Source: Promethearchaeati archaeon (GTDB lineage Archaea > Asgardarchaeota > Heimdallarchaeia > JABLTI01). Taken from it: a DNA stretch of 64,000 nucleotides. Shown in pieces: positions 1 to 9,979 of this stretch; position 1 is the stretch's first letter, and the number at the start of each line of letters is the position of its first letter. Both the position numbers and the translations under genes were made by a program. The stretch spans positions 22,852 to 86,851 of the forward strand of contig JABLTI010000001.1 of the NCBI GenBank assembly GCA_013166835.1, read 5' to 3'. The notes under the pieces were generated by a model. That model searched no databases. It was not told the origin of the DNA and was given only the letters and a program-made list of their open reading frames with translations.

Positions 1-962
1 TAAATCAAATAAAAAAGCAGATTCCTAATGCTTATCTTAATACTGACTTGAAAGGTTATGGCGCCCGTAAAAGTGGCAAAGTTCGAGATTTATACACTAT
101 AGATGATAAAATTATGATTGTAACAACAGATAGAATATCTGCTTTTGATGTAGTTCTAACACAAGGAATACCTTACAAAGGACAAGCATTGAATCAAACA
201 TCTGAATTTTGGTTTGATGCTACCAGGAAAATCATGAACAATCATATTGTTGCAGTTCCAGATCCAAATATAATGATTGCTCAACATTGTGAACCAATTG
301 AAGTAGAAGTTGTTATTAGAGGATATATCACAGGTTCTGCTTGGAGGAGATTCAAGTACCTCAAAGAGAATAATAAAACATTAGTTATCTCTGGGATTGA
401 ATTTTCATCTGATTTAAGAAAGGATGAAAAATTACCTGAACCAGTTTTTACACCTACCACAAAAGCACAAGAAGGACATGACGAAGAAATTACTCCAAAA
501 GAATTAATCTCTCGAGGAATCGTAACTAAAGATATTTTAGATCAATTAACTGAAGCAGCATTCAAACTATATGCTAGTGGAAATGAAGTTGTAAGCAAAA
601 GTGGCGGTATTTTGGTAGATACAAAATACGAGTTTGGTTTGAATCCAGAAGGTGAAGTTGTTCTTATTGATGAAGTTCATACAGCGGATTCTTCTCGCTT
701 TTGGTTGAAAGATCAATATGAAGAATCATTCGAGAAAAACTTAAAACAAAAAGGACTTGACAAGGAATATGTTCGCAGTTGGTTAAGGGATAATGGTTTT
801 ACTGGCGATGGTGTTGTTCCTGATTTACCAGATGATGTAATTATCAATGCTTCATTGAACGTTATCAAAGCTTATGAATTAATAACTGCTCAGAAATTCA
901 AACCAGCTGAAGAATATGCTTCAAATGATCGTTTAATGTCCAACTTAATGAAATATAGTTAA
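1..962 (+). CDS. purC: SAICAR synthase, probably 5'-truncated by the window edge
   Basis: GKVRDLY, TDRISAFD, DTKYEFG, IDEVHTADSSRFW and LDKEYVR motifs; the frame is open from position 3 to the TTG at 48. Confidence 0.95.
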   Translation, partial: NQIKKQIPNAYLNTDLKGYGARKSGKVRDLYTIDDKIMIVTTDRISAFDVVLTQGIPYKGQALNQTSEFWFDATRKIMNNHIVAVPDPNIMIAQHCEPIEVEVVIRGYITGSAWRRFKYLKENNKTLVISGIEFSSDLRKDEKLPEPVFTPTTKAQEGHDEEITPKELISRGIVTKDILDQLTEAAFKLYASGNEVVSKSGGILVDTKYEFGLNPEGEVVLIDEVHTADSSRFWLKDQYEESFEKNLKQKGLDKEYVRSWLRDNGFTGDGVVPDLPDDVIINASLNVIKAYELITAQKFKPAEEYASNDRLMSNLMKYS

Positions 963-1017
963 AAGTAAATACTGTAAATCGAGTAATTTTAAAGAGATAA
1001 GAGGAGTATGGAACAAA

Positions 1018-2955
1018 ATGGGTTATGCATTACAGAAATTTAAACAACTATCTAATAAGCAAATTAGTATAATATTTGCTATTATTGTTGTAGTTGTATC
1101 TGTACTCTTGCGTTTTCCTGCATTTTATGATTTAGCTAACACTGATGTATGGTATCTTATATGGGAGAGCAGATTGATCTTTGATGAAAGACATCTAGAG
1201 TTAATCATGCATCCATTCAGTATAATAAGTTTGTATCCCTATTCTCCTTATCCCTTTGGTTCTTTATTGCTCTACAAATTTTTCGATATCATCAGTTTCA
1301 AAAATGTCTTTGTTGGGGTATTACTCTTCAATATCTCCTTGATTTCCCTAACTACATTATCTTCTTTTTATTTCTTCAAAAAAATTTTCAAAAAGAATGA
1401 TTCAGTGGATAATCTTGGATTAACTCAAGAAAATATAATGGCTTTAATTGGTAGTTTGTTATACGTTAATTTTCCTTATCTGATTTATTTCAGTTACAAT
1501 TTTGCATCTGCTAGGTTTCCCATGATGGCCGTTCTTCCGCTTTTCTATCTTTTTGCTCTGGATACTATAAGAAAAAGAAGTGTTATTTCCTTCTTAAAAT
1601 GCTCGATTATGTATGTTGTAATGTTATTCTTTCATCGAATGAGTGAACCATTATTATTGCTAATAATCATTTTAGGTGTTTACTTAATTTTCTTTAAATT
1701 TCTTGCAAATAAATTAAAAATCAATGAAAGAATTCCAAAGCTGAAAAATATTCTTTCCAAATATTTCATTGTTTTCTTGCTTGGTTCATTTGCTATAGCA
1801 GTAGTCATTAGTTTTCTAATTGATGCTTATTCAGGAATAAGAATTCTAAGCACTGGAGAGGGATGGTTGCAATTCCTGGCTCATTTGAATCTAATTTTTG
1901 GAGGTATTTTCTTTGAAGGTTGGGGTCCAATGATAATTTTATCCTTATTGTGCATAATTTTCATTAATTCGAAAAATATCATTAAGGACAACTTCTATTA
2001 CAATATTTTATTATTAATATTATTCCAGATTCCACTTCTGATATTAATTTCAAATCATTACATTATATATTTCATGTGTATTACCCCAATTCTCTTGATA
2101 TTACTATATTTGAAGAATTTCTTATTCGAAAAAGAAAATTACAAACCAATATATGGAGCAATTGCTCTCATTGGTTTTGGATTGTTAAATGTAATTGGTA
2201 TAATCTTAATATACAAAGTTAGATCTAATTATCACTATGCTTACATAATCATAGGAACAATTGTTTTATTATTGGGTTTTGGGTTCCTTATTGCATTACT
2301 TATTGAAAAACAGAATCAAAACCATCAAAAAGAAAGTAAAAAACTGAATACATTTATCAAAGGAACTTTAAAAGCAATTCCAATTATTTTAACTCTCAGT
2401 ATTCTGTTTTATTCCCGGTTCTATATAGATTTAAAAACTATTCACAAACCACAAGAATATCCTGATTTTTATTCCAGCATCACCCTAACTGATGAAGAAC
2501 AAGAAATAGCGGATTTTCTTTCTCTCTATCCTGAATCATTATTTGGCTGCAGCCAAAGATTAGTAGCTATAAGATTATCTGTTCTTTCAGGATGTTTCTA
2601 TCTAGCAGATACTCATGGTTTAGCATTATTAATATCTGGTTACTATAATGTCTCTGAAATAAAGGAGAATTCATCATTTAATCCCTCATATGGAGGTTGG
2701 GATTTTTCATTATATACTACAACAGATTATCCTACTGGTCGAGATATCTTTATTAATCTTGTACAAATGGAAGCTAATGCTACTTCTTTAGCAATAATTA
2801 ATGACATTAATCTCTCATTCTTTGTAACATTAAAGAATAGTTCATACGTTGAAATAAGAATGATTGAATTCATTGATTCTCCTTTTGTACAAGATATTGA
2901 TACTATTGCTTCATTAGCTCTAGAAACAGAGCATTATTTCCTTTGGGAATTCTAG
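1018..2955 (+). CDS. Large polytopic membrane protein, GT-C/glycan polymerase-like
   Basis: About 13 hydrophobic segments, N-terminal loop with TD and PYSPYP, soluble C-terminal domain; first gene of the glycosylation cluster. Confidence 0.55.
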   Translation: MGYALQKFKQLSNKQISIIFAIIVVVVSVLLRFPAFYDLANTDVWYLIWESRLIFDERHLELIMHPFSIISLYPYSPYPFGSLLLYKFFDIISFKNVFVGVLLFNISLISLTTLSSFYFFKKIFKKNDSVDNLGLTQENIMALIGSLLYVNFPYLIYFSYNFASARFPMMAVLPLFYLFALDTIRKRSVISFLKCSIMYVVMLFFHRMSEPLLLLIIILGVYLIFFKFLANKLKINERIPKLKNILSKYFIVFLLGSFAIAVVISFLIDAYSGIRILSTGEGWLQFLAHLNLIFGGIFFEGWGPMIILSLLCIIFINSKNIIKDNFYYNILLLILFQIPLLILISNHYIIYFMCITPILLILLYLKNFLFEKENYKPIYGAIALIGFGLLNVIGIILIYKVRSNYHYAYIIIGTIVLLLGFGFLIALLIEKQNQNHQKESKKLNTFIKGTLKAIPIILTLSILFYSRFYIDLKTIHKPQEYPDFYSSITLTDEEQEIADFLSLYPESLFGCSQRLVAIRLSVLSGCFYLADTHGLALLISGYYNVSEIKENSSFNPSYGGWDFSLYTTTDYPTGRDIFINLVQMEANATSLAIINDINLSFFVTLKNSSYVEIRMIEFIDSPFVQDIDTIASLALETEHYFLWEF

Positions 2956-3042
2956 TGTATAATTAAAAGGGATTCCTTAAGTAGATAAATTACATTAATA
3001 TAATATATTCAAAATCATCAAGCAATTACCTACCATTATTAA

Positions 3043-4230
3043 GTGAGACTTGGTTTTATGTCAACAAAATCCCTCAAAGACAAAACATTACTTGTTATTA
3101 CACCTGGTTTTCCAGATGAAAACAACAAGAGTATTATGGGGATTTTTGTAAAAGATCAAGTAAATGCCCTAAGAAGTGAATTCAAAGAAATTTATGTTAT
3201 TGCTCCTATTTTTAGCACGTTAAAATTATCCTCTCGAGAGCGTTATTGCCAAAATTATACTTATGAGAATGTTTCTGTTTTTTATCCGAGAAGTTTTTAC
3301 TTTCCACTTATCTATACATTAGGAAAAAAAATAGATAATCGATTACAGGCTGTTCTTAATACAATTGAAAGAAACAACCTAAGTTTTGATCTAATACATG
3401 CTCATTTCACTTGGCCATCAGGTTATATCAGCCAACAATTAAAAGAGAAATTCAATACTCCTTATATTCTGACTGTACACGAAAATCGCAAATGGTTTCA
3501 GAAAGAGCTTGACAAGGAATATACAGAATTTACCAATGCTTGGAAGAATGCTGACATAATTCTGAGAGTGAATATGAAGGATTATGAATCTCTGAAAAAA
3601 TATAATCCCGGAGTTTATTATCAACCCAATAGTGTTGGTGGAATGTTTGAATTCGCAGAAAAAATACCTGTAAGAAAACAAATTGGGTTGCAAGAAGATG
3701 CGAAGATTATTTTTGCTTTTGGCAATCACTTAAAATCCAAAGGTTTTCATGATTTGATTAATGCAATGAAGATACTTTTGGAATCCGGGAATAAAACGAT
3801 CCAATGTTACATTGGTGGTTCAGGTTTTTACTCGAGTGAAATGCGAAGATTAATTCGCAAACATAATCTCTCAGACAATGTGAGACTGATAGGTCCTATC
3901 AATAGAAATGATATTGTTAATTGGTTTAACGCTGCTGATTTCTATGTTATGCCAAGTCATCACGAAAGTTTTGGAATAACTGTAATTGAAGCCTTATCAA
4001 GTGGGACACCAGTAATTACTACTTACAATGGGGCTAGTGAGTTTATAATTGAAAACGAAAATTTGGGTTTGCTTGTAAATCCAAAATCCCCAAAGAAACT
4101 TGCAGAAGCAATTGAAGAAGCGTTTCAAAGAAAATGGGATAGTAAGTTTATTACAAAGTTTGCTGCTAAATACTCAGAAAAAGCATTTTGCAAAAGCTTA
4201 ACGAATTACTTTGGGAAGATAGTGAAATGA
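3043..4230 (+). CDS. GT4 glycosyltransferase
   Basis: IHAHF, KG, and PSHHESFGITVIEALSSGTPVI (ExxxxxxxE) GT-B motifs. Confidence 0.92.
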   Translation: MRLGFMSTKSLKDKTLLVITPGFPDENNKSIMGIFVKDQVNALRSEFKEIYVIAPIFSTLKLSSRERYCQNYTYENVSVFYPRSFYFPLIYTLGKKIDNRLQAVLNTIERNNLSFDLIHAHFTWPSGYISQQLKEKFNTPYILTVHENRKWFQKELDKEYTEFTNAWKNADIILRVNMKDYESLKKYNPGVYYQPNSVGGMFEFAEKIPVRKQIGLQEDAKIIFAFGNHLKSKGFHDLINAMKILLESGNKTIQCYIGGSGFYSSEMRRLIRKHNLSDNVRLIGPINRNDIVNWFNAADFYVMPSHHESFGITVIEALSSGTPVITTYNGASEFIIENENLGLLVNPKSPKKLAEAIEEAFQRKWDSKFITKFAAKYSEKAFCKSLTNYFGKIVK

Positions 4231-5726
4231 AACAATTGAGCAAGAATATTGGTAGTAATTTCCTTTTTTCATTCATTGTGATTTTGATCATAGGATTAGT
4301 GAATATCGGTTTCCCACTATTAATTGGTTTGTTGTATAGTGCAGAAACAATGGGTAATTTCTCAGTTCTATTCAACTGGGCGTTTTTCTTAGCAATACCT
4401 ATTGCTAATGGGATTGCCCCTGCCATCTCAAGATTTATCGCAGCGAAAACTGGAGATGAAACTCCGCAAATAAATAAAATCGGAGGAAAAATTACTATTT
4501 TTTACTTGCTCATGGCTATTGTGATTTTTCCTCTCATTGGTGTATTTGTTTTCCAACTTGATATTTTCGATTTACTAATTGTAATCTCAATGTTAATTGT
4601 AATAATTCTTCATTATTTGTTTAGGTATTCTCTTCAGGGTCAAGAGAGGTTTTCTCGTCTCTTCAAATTTGAAATAATTTCTTTTGCAATTTTCTTACCA
4701 TTTATGATTATTTTTGGTGTTCTTCCAAACGTCTTAGGATGGACTGGACTTTCCGGTTTTCATTGGTTGTTTTTCCCTGTTATTGTTTATCACTTAGCTT
4801 TTGATATATTGTATCTCTTCTCAGAAACCAAGATGATGGATTTAAAGAAATTCTTTTCTTTTCCAGAGATTACCAAAAAAATACTTCTTTATGCATTTTT
4901 CGTTGGAATTGGAAGTCTCTTTAGTCTTGGAGTTTCCCAATTTCAAATTATAATCTCAGACAAATACTTGACTGAATTCCGTGTCGGAGTTTTAGGTTTC
5001 TGGGATTCTGCAATAAAACCTATTTCTCTGATTTCAGTTGCGATTGGAGCAATGACGATACCACGGATTACCAATTTACAAAAATCAAAAGAAGAACACG
5101 ATGTATCATTTGTTAATAGAATTAATTATGGTTTAACATTGCTAATATTGCCTATCTTTGGTTTGATTTTCTTAATTATTGCGGGTTATCCCAATTTATT
5201 TGATCACTTAGGATTAACGAAATACCAAACCGCTATTTATTGGATAATTCCTATTTTCCTTTGTTTTCAGGTAGTGAACAATCTAATAGCAACGCCGACC
5301 ATATCTTACTACTCTTCCTCAGAAAGGAAAGTTATAATCAATCCCATTATCTCTTTTGCTTATTCACTTGTTGTTATTGTTTCCTGGATTATTCTTGTTC
5401 CTAGATGGGATATCTGGGGATTTGTTAGTGGCATAGCTATTGGCAGTTTGGTTTTCTCCTTAGCAATACAAATAACGGCACTTATTATAACAAAAAGAAA
5501 AATCGGCATGCATGTATTTCTTATGTTAGCATTCTATGTTTTAGGAGGAGTCTCACTAATACTACTAAATTATATGTCAAACATTGTTTTACTAGTTCTT
5601 TGGTCTTGCATTACCATTTCGTCAGTGATCCTAGGAATTCTTCTCATAATTAAGGTCTTAAAAAATAGAGACTACTCCATAACATATGAGGAGCAAGCTA
5701 CAACAACAGCTGAAACTAGTAACTAA
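4227..5726 (+). CDS. Oligosaccharide flippase (Wzx/MOP superfamily)
   Basis: About 14 TM segments, YSAETMGNFS loop; ATG at 4227 overlaps the GT4 stop (ATGA), suggesting translational coupling. Confidence 0.75.
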   Translation: MKQLSKNIGSNFLFSFIVILIIGLVNIGFPLLIGLLYSAETMGNFSVLFNWAFFLAIPIANGIAPAISRFIAAKTGDETPQINKIGGKITIFYLLMAIVIFPLIGVFVFQLDIFDLLIVISMLIVIILHYLFRYSLQGQERFSRLFKFEIISFAIFLPFMIIFGVLPNVLGWTGLSGFHWLFFPVIVYHLAFDILYLFSETKMMDLKKFFSFPEITKKILLYAFFVGIGSLFSLGVSQFQIIISDKYLTEFRVGVLGFWDSAIKPISLISVAIGAMTIPRITNLQKSKEEHDVSFVNRINYGLTLLILPIFGLIFLIIAGYPNLFDHLGLTKYQTAIYWIIPIFLCFQVVNNLIATPTISYYSSSERKVIINPIISFAYSLVVIVSWIILVPRWDIWGFVSGIAIGSLVFSLAIQITALIITKRKIGMHVFLMLAFYVLGGVSLILLNYMSNIVLLVLWSCITISSVILGILLIIKVLKNRDYSITYEEQATTTAETSN

Positions 5727-5731
5727 CAGAA

Positions 5732-7627
5732 CTAATCATTCTTGACTATCGGTTTAAGGTGTTCCAAAGACAGTTTTAACTGGAAGCTTTTCTCTGTTTT
5801 TAATGTATCACTTACAAGTTTTATTTTTTCTGAGTCTTCTTTCAAAGCAAAGAATAAACGCAAAGTAATTTCTAAATCGATTATATGGAGTATAAATTTG
5901 TACAAATGATTCTTCCTTTTAATGAAATCATTGAAGAGCTTCATTGTTTTCGCTTTATCCAAGATATTCCAAATAATTGCTTCATCACTTAGCAAATCTA
6001 AGATCATTTCATAATAACTTCCTCGTTTTCGCATCCATTCAAAATAAGGAACAGAGGAATATCTTGGTAGTAATGGCAATCTGAATAATGATTCGAAAAA
6101 TTGTAGAGATTTAAATCCAAATTGAATAAACCAGGAAGCAAACAAACGATTATACCAAATTAACGATGTTGTTGGATACTCTGCGAGTTCCTTATTTAAA
6201 TGCTTAAGAGTTAAAAGCTCCAATTTTCGTTTCTTTCTTAGTTTAGGATGTACTTTGAGGTAACTAGATATTATTTCTGGATGCGTGTATGGAACATTAA
6301 CAGAAGCTAAATGACTAAAAGATTTAGATGCTCCCAACATGTAGCCACGAGCTCTTGTTTGAGTTAAGAGATATTCTAACCCTAAAGATTCGTTATCAAT
6401 TTCCCATAAAAGATTTCTTTGTTCTTGCATGCCTTGCTCCAAAATCTTTAGTGTTTGATCTTTTGAAGCATCGAGAATTGAATAAAATGTTTTTTTCGGG
6501 AATGCATATTCATTAGCTATTAGATTTTCAATCAAACGTCTTTCAGGTGACTTGTATTTTCTAACCAATTTTTCAGTGTATACTAAATAATTGCCACCAA
6601 AAGGACCATCACCTAATAATCCATCAAAAAACAGTTTTTCTCCATTTACTTTCTCGTATAAAGCATGTCTAATACTAATTACATGATTAGATAATCCTTC
6701 ACAGTGCCACATATGCTTGAAGCAGTATTTGAGTACATCAGCATCGCTTATTACTTTGTATTGATGTGGGATACCAAGTATATCTGATACGCCCTTCGCA
6801 TACTTTATTTCTTTTCCATCTGAAAAACTATCAAATGTGTATGTTTCAATGGACTTTTTCCATTTCTTGTCTGTTGCGGAAATCAATAATCTGGAGTCCA
6901 ATCCACCAGATAAAAGAAAGGCTAGATTCACGTTCTCTATTGCTGCATAATTTTTCAATTGCTTTTTTAGAAGCTCACTAATCTCTGCTGCAGTTTGATC
7001 CAAATCATCCGTTTTTACATAATCTTTTGGAAAGGCATACCAAGTTTTCCTTCGGTTGATACCGTTCTCTAATACTTCTTGTGTTTTCTTTTCCCAATTT
7101 TTAATGGTAATTTTCGAGTTTCCTGGTAACAGTCGAATTTTTTTGAAATATGTTTTAACTCCTAATATAGAATGACAGAAGAGGTATTCAACTAATGCAT
7201 TATAGTCTAATTCATTCAAAAGCTTTAGATGCATTGCTATTAGATATTTCAAATGTGATGAAATGATTATTTTTCCATTATCTAAAGTCGCTATGTAAAC
7301 AAGATGTGTGCCAAATGGATCTGTTTTTATCTCCACATCCATTGTCTTTGTATTTACTGAAATAATAGGTGAATAACTGGTTTCTTTCTTCTTTTCTTTT
7401 TGTGGTTCTTTTAGAACCAGCATTTTTTTTGTATTTATCTGGAAATTAATTGTTGTGTCTTTTTTCTCTAACAAGAAATTATCTTTCAAAAAATCAGCAG
7501 CCAATATAACACAATTTTTCTCTTTTGAGAATTCTGTTTGCTTGAATTCCCCTAAAAACACCTTTTCAATAGCATCCCTTTTAGGGGTATTACCATCCAT
7601 TGCTAGTTGTATGTAGAAATGTGTCAT
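5732..7627 (-). CDS. Asparagine synthase (AsnB)-related protein lacking the N-terminal Cys
   Basis: LSGGLDSR PP-loop, TDPFG, GLLGD; N-terminus is MTHFY. Confidence 0.85.
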   Translation of the reverse strand: MTHFYIQLAMDGNTPKRDAIEKVFLGEFKQTEFSKEKNCVILAADFLKDNFLLEKKDTTINFQINTKKMLVLKEPQKEKKKETSYSPIISVNTKTMDVEIKTDPFGTHLVYIATLDNGKIIISSHLKYLIAMHLKLLNELDYNALVEYLFCHSILGVKTYFKKIRLLPGNSKITIKNWEKKTQEVLENGINRRKTWYAFPKDYVKTDDLDQTAAEISELLKKQLKNYAAIENVNLAFLLSGGLDSRLLISATDKKWKKSIETYTFDSFSDGKEIKYAKGVSDILGIPHQYKVISDADVLKYCFKHMWHCEGLSNHVISIRHALYEKVNGEKLFFDGLLGDGPFGGNYLVYTEKLVRKYKSPERRLIENLIANEYAFPKKTFYSILDASKDQTLKILEQGMQEQRNLLWEIDNESLGLEYLLTQTRARGYMLGASKSFSHLASVNVPYTHPEIISSYLKVHPKLRKKRKLELLTLKHLNKELAEYPTTSLIWYNRLFASWFIQFGFKSLQFFESLFRLPLLPRYSSVPYFEWMRKRGSYYEMILDLLSDEAIIWNILDKAKTMKLFNDFIKRKNHLYKFILHIIDLEITLRLFFALKEDSEKIKLVSDTLKTEKSFQLKLSLEHLKPIVKND

Positions 7628-7717
7628 TAAGAGCCGCCAAATAAATTTTTAATGTAAACCTTCAAGATAAAAAATATAAAAAACTATCCCAGATAATGAT
7701 TAGTAAATATCTCGGTT

Positions 7718-8953
7718 GTGTTAATATTGAACGCAAAGAAGAACAAACTAAAGCAAAATAAAAAGCAAGTGAATACAAAACCAATTGTTTTCATCACAGT
7801 AGCTTGTTCTTTTTTCATCGATCATCGAGTTAATCAAGAATTAGCAAGTCTGATAAAGAATGGTTTTTACGCTTATATTTTATCATGGGATAGAGAGCGC
7901 AAGTACTCAGACAAAGAAACTGAGAATTATTATGTAAAGAATGCTAAACTTTTGGATGCCAATAAATTTAGTAAAATTCTTTTTCTTTTATCAGCAATTT
8001 TATTTCAATTTTTGATTGTTTTCTATGGGATTAAACTAATACGTAAACACAAAAGAATGATTATACATGCGAATGATTTCAATACTCTAGCAGGTGTAAT
8101 TTTCCTGAAAATGATATTCCCTAACAGGATTCAAGTCATCTATGATAGTCACGAGTTCACACGTTTTGTTTACAAAGAATGGTATGGTCCAATAGTTGGA
8201 AATATAGTAACAAGTCTTGAAATCAAGTTCATCAAGTATTTTGACAAGATAATAACCGTCAGTACACCAATTAAGAAATATCTTGAGACAATCTCTAATA
8301 AAGATGTAAAGGTTATCTGGAATTATCCCACAGAAAGTTTGCTACCTAAAATATCGAAAGCTAAAGCTAAAAAGGCTCTCGGTTTAAAGGTTAATGATTT
8401 TGTATTAATTTATATTGGTACACTTAGAATAGATGTTGCATTGTTCGAGCTGATTTCTGCTGTAAGTATTTTGAAGGAAAAACAACTCACACCAAATCTC
8501 AAAATCCTAATTGTTGGGGATGGTCCCTTTCTTCATCAAATACATGAGATGGTTGAAAAAAATCATCTTTCAGATTTTGTTAGAATTATCGGACGAGTTG
8601 AAAGAGAAAAAGCAATGAACTATTTGCGAGCTGCAGATATATCCTACATCCTATTTTCTTTGAAAGGAATGAACACTAAAATTGGTATGCCTTGGAAACT
8701 ATTTGAAAGCTTGTTAAATGAAACTCGCGTTTTAACTATGACTGATACTTATGCTGCTCATTTCGCTAAGAAGTACAATGTAGGATATACCGTTGCATCA
8801 ATCACACCGATTGAAATTGCAAACACAATTTCGACGATTTACAAACAAAAGATCAAAGATGATTTTCATATACCGCAAAAATTTGTTTGGGAAAATCAGG
8901 AAGATGAATTCATCAAAATCTACTTAGAATTAATACAAGAAAGTAAATCTTGA
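7718..8953 (+). CDS. GT4 glycosyltransferase
   Basis: DHRV, IHAND, YDSHE, VGDGP and PWKLFE motifs. Confidence 0.88.
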   Translation: MLILNAKKNKLKQNKKQVNTKPIVFITVACSFFIDHRVNQELASLIKNGFYAYILSWDRERKYSDKETENYYVKNAKLLDANKFSKILFLLSAILFQFLIVFYGIKLIRKHKRMIIHANDFNTLAGVIFLKMIFPNRIQVIYDSHEFTRFVYKEWYGPIVGNIVTSLEIKFIKYFDKIITVSTPIKKYLETISNKDVKVIWNYPTESLLPKISKAKAKKALGLKVNDFVLIYIGTLRIDVALFELISAVSILKEKQLTPNLKILIVGDGPFLHQIHEMVEKNHLSDFVRIIGRVEREKAMNYLRAADISYILFSLKGMNTKIGMPWKLFESLLNETRVLTMTDTYAAHFAKKYNVGYTVASITPIEIANTISTIYKQKIKDDFHIPQKFVWENQEDEFIKIYLELIQESKS

Positions 8954-9047
8954 GTAAACAGATAATTTTTAAAATAAACCTTTATCAGAAAAAAACAATC
9001 TAGATACCTATCTAGGAAAAATTGGTTCCTTCATTGGATGTTAACTC

Positions 9048-9968
9048 ATGTTTAAGGGTAAGAAACTAGCTGTGATAATTCCAGCTTTAAACGAAGAAAG
9101 ACTTATCAAAAGTACACTTTCAGGCATCCCAGATTATGTTGATAAAATAATCGTGATAGATGATTTCTCAACTGATAAAACAGTTGATATGATTATGGAA
9201 TTTGCCAAGCAAGATAAAAGAATTGAATTAATTCGACATGAAAAAACCCACGGTGCTGGGGGAGCTATTATTTCTGGTTTTAAAATCGCCCTACAAGATG
9301 AAGATGTTGAGCTTATCAGTATTATGGATGGCGATGATCAAATGCGTCCAAAGCACCTGCCGGAATTACTTGCCCCAATAGTTGAAGGGAAAACAGAATT
9401 TACAAAAGGGAATCGTTTGAAACGAAGTCATTGGAAAGGCATGAGTAAATTCAGATTATTTGGTAATCTCTTACTTTCTTTTCTCAACAAGAAGATCTCG
9501 GGTTATTGGGCAATAGAGGATCCTCAAAACGGTTATGTAGGGTTATCAGCTGCTTTTCTAAGAAGAATGGATCTTGATTCCTTATACAAAGGATACGCGT
9601 TTGAAAATGATTTTATGATAAAAGCAAATGTTGCAAATGTGAAGATGCAGAATGTCTTGATTCCAGCCTATTATGGTGAAGAACAATCGAAATTGAAGTA
9701 TGGTCCCTTTATCACTAATACAAGCTGGCATTTGTTTAAATCGTATTATTGGCGTTTGTGGCATAAATATATCAAAACGTTCCATATAGTTGGTATCTTA
9801 ACAATTCTAGGATTTTTAGATTTAATTGGAGGTTTAATTGCAGGGGGAATACTAGGATTCTCTCCCATTTCGATAATAGCAATTCCTTGTGCTGGTTTTG
9901 GCTTCATGCTCATAGCATTCTTTATTGATATTATAAAAGGAATAAGACTTTCAAAATCTATGAAATAA
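9048..9968 (+). CDS. GT2 polyprenol-phosphate glycosyltransferase (DPM1-like) with C-terminal TM helices
   Basis: IIPALNEE, IDDFSTD, MDGDDQ, DPQNGY motifs. Confidence 0.92.
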   Translation: MFKGKKLAVIIPALNEERLIKSTLSGIPDYVDKIIVIDDFSTDKTVDMIMEFAKQDKRIELIRHEKTHGAGGAIISGFKIALQDEDVELISIMDGDDQMRPKHLPELLAPIVEGKTEFTKGNRLKRSHWKGMSKFRLFGNLLLSFLNKKISGYWAIEDPQNGYVGLSAAFLRRMDLDSLYKGYAFENDFMIKANVANVKMQNVLIPAYYGEEQSKLKYGPFITNTSWHLFKSYYWRLWHKYIKTFHIVGILTILGFLDLIGGLIAGGILGFSPISIIAIPCAGFGFMLIAFFIDIIKGIRLSKSMK

Positions 9969-9979
9969 TGTTTTCTAAT

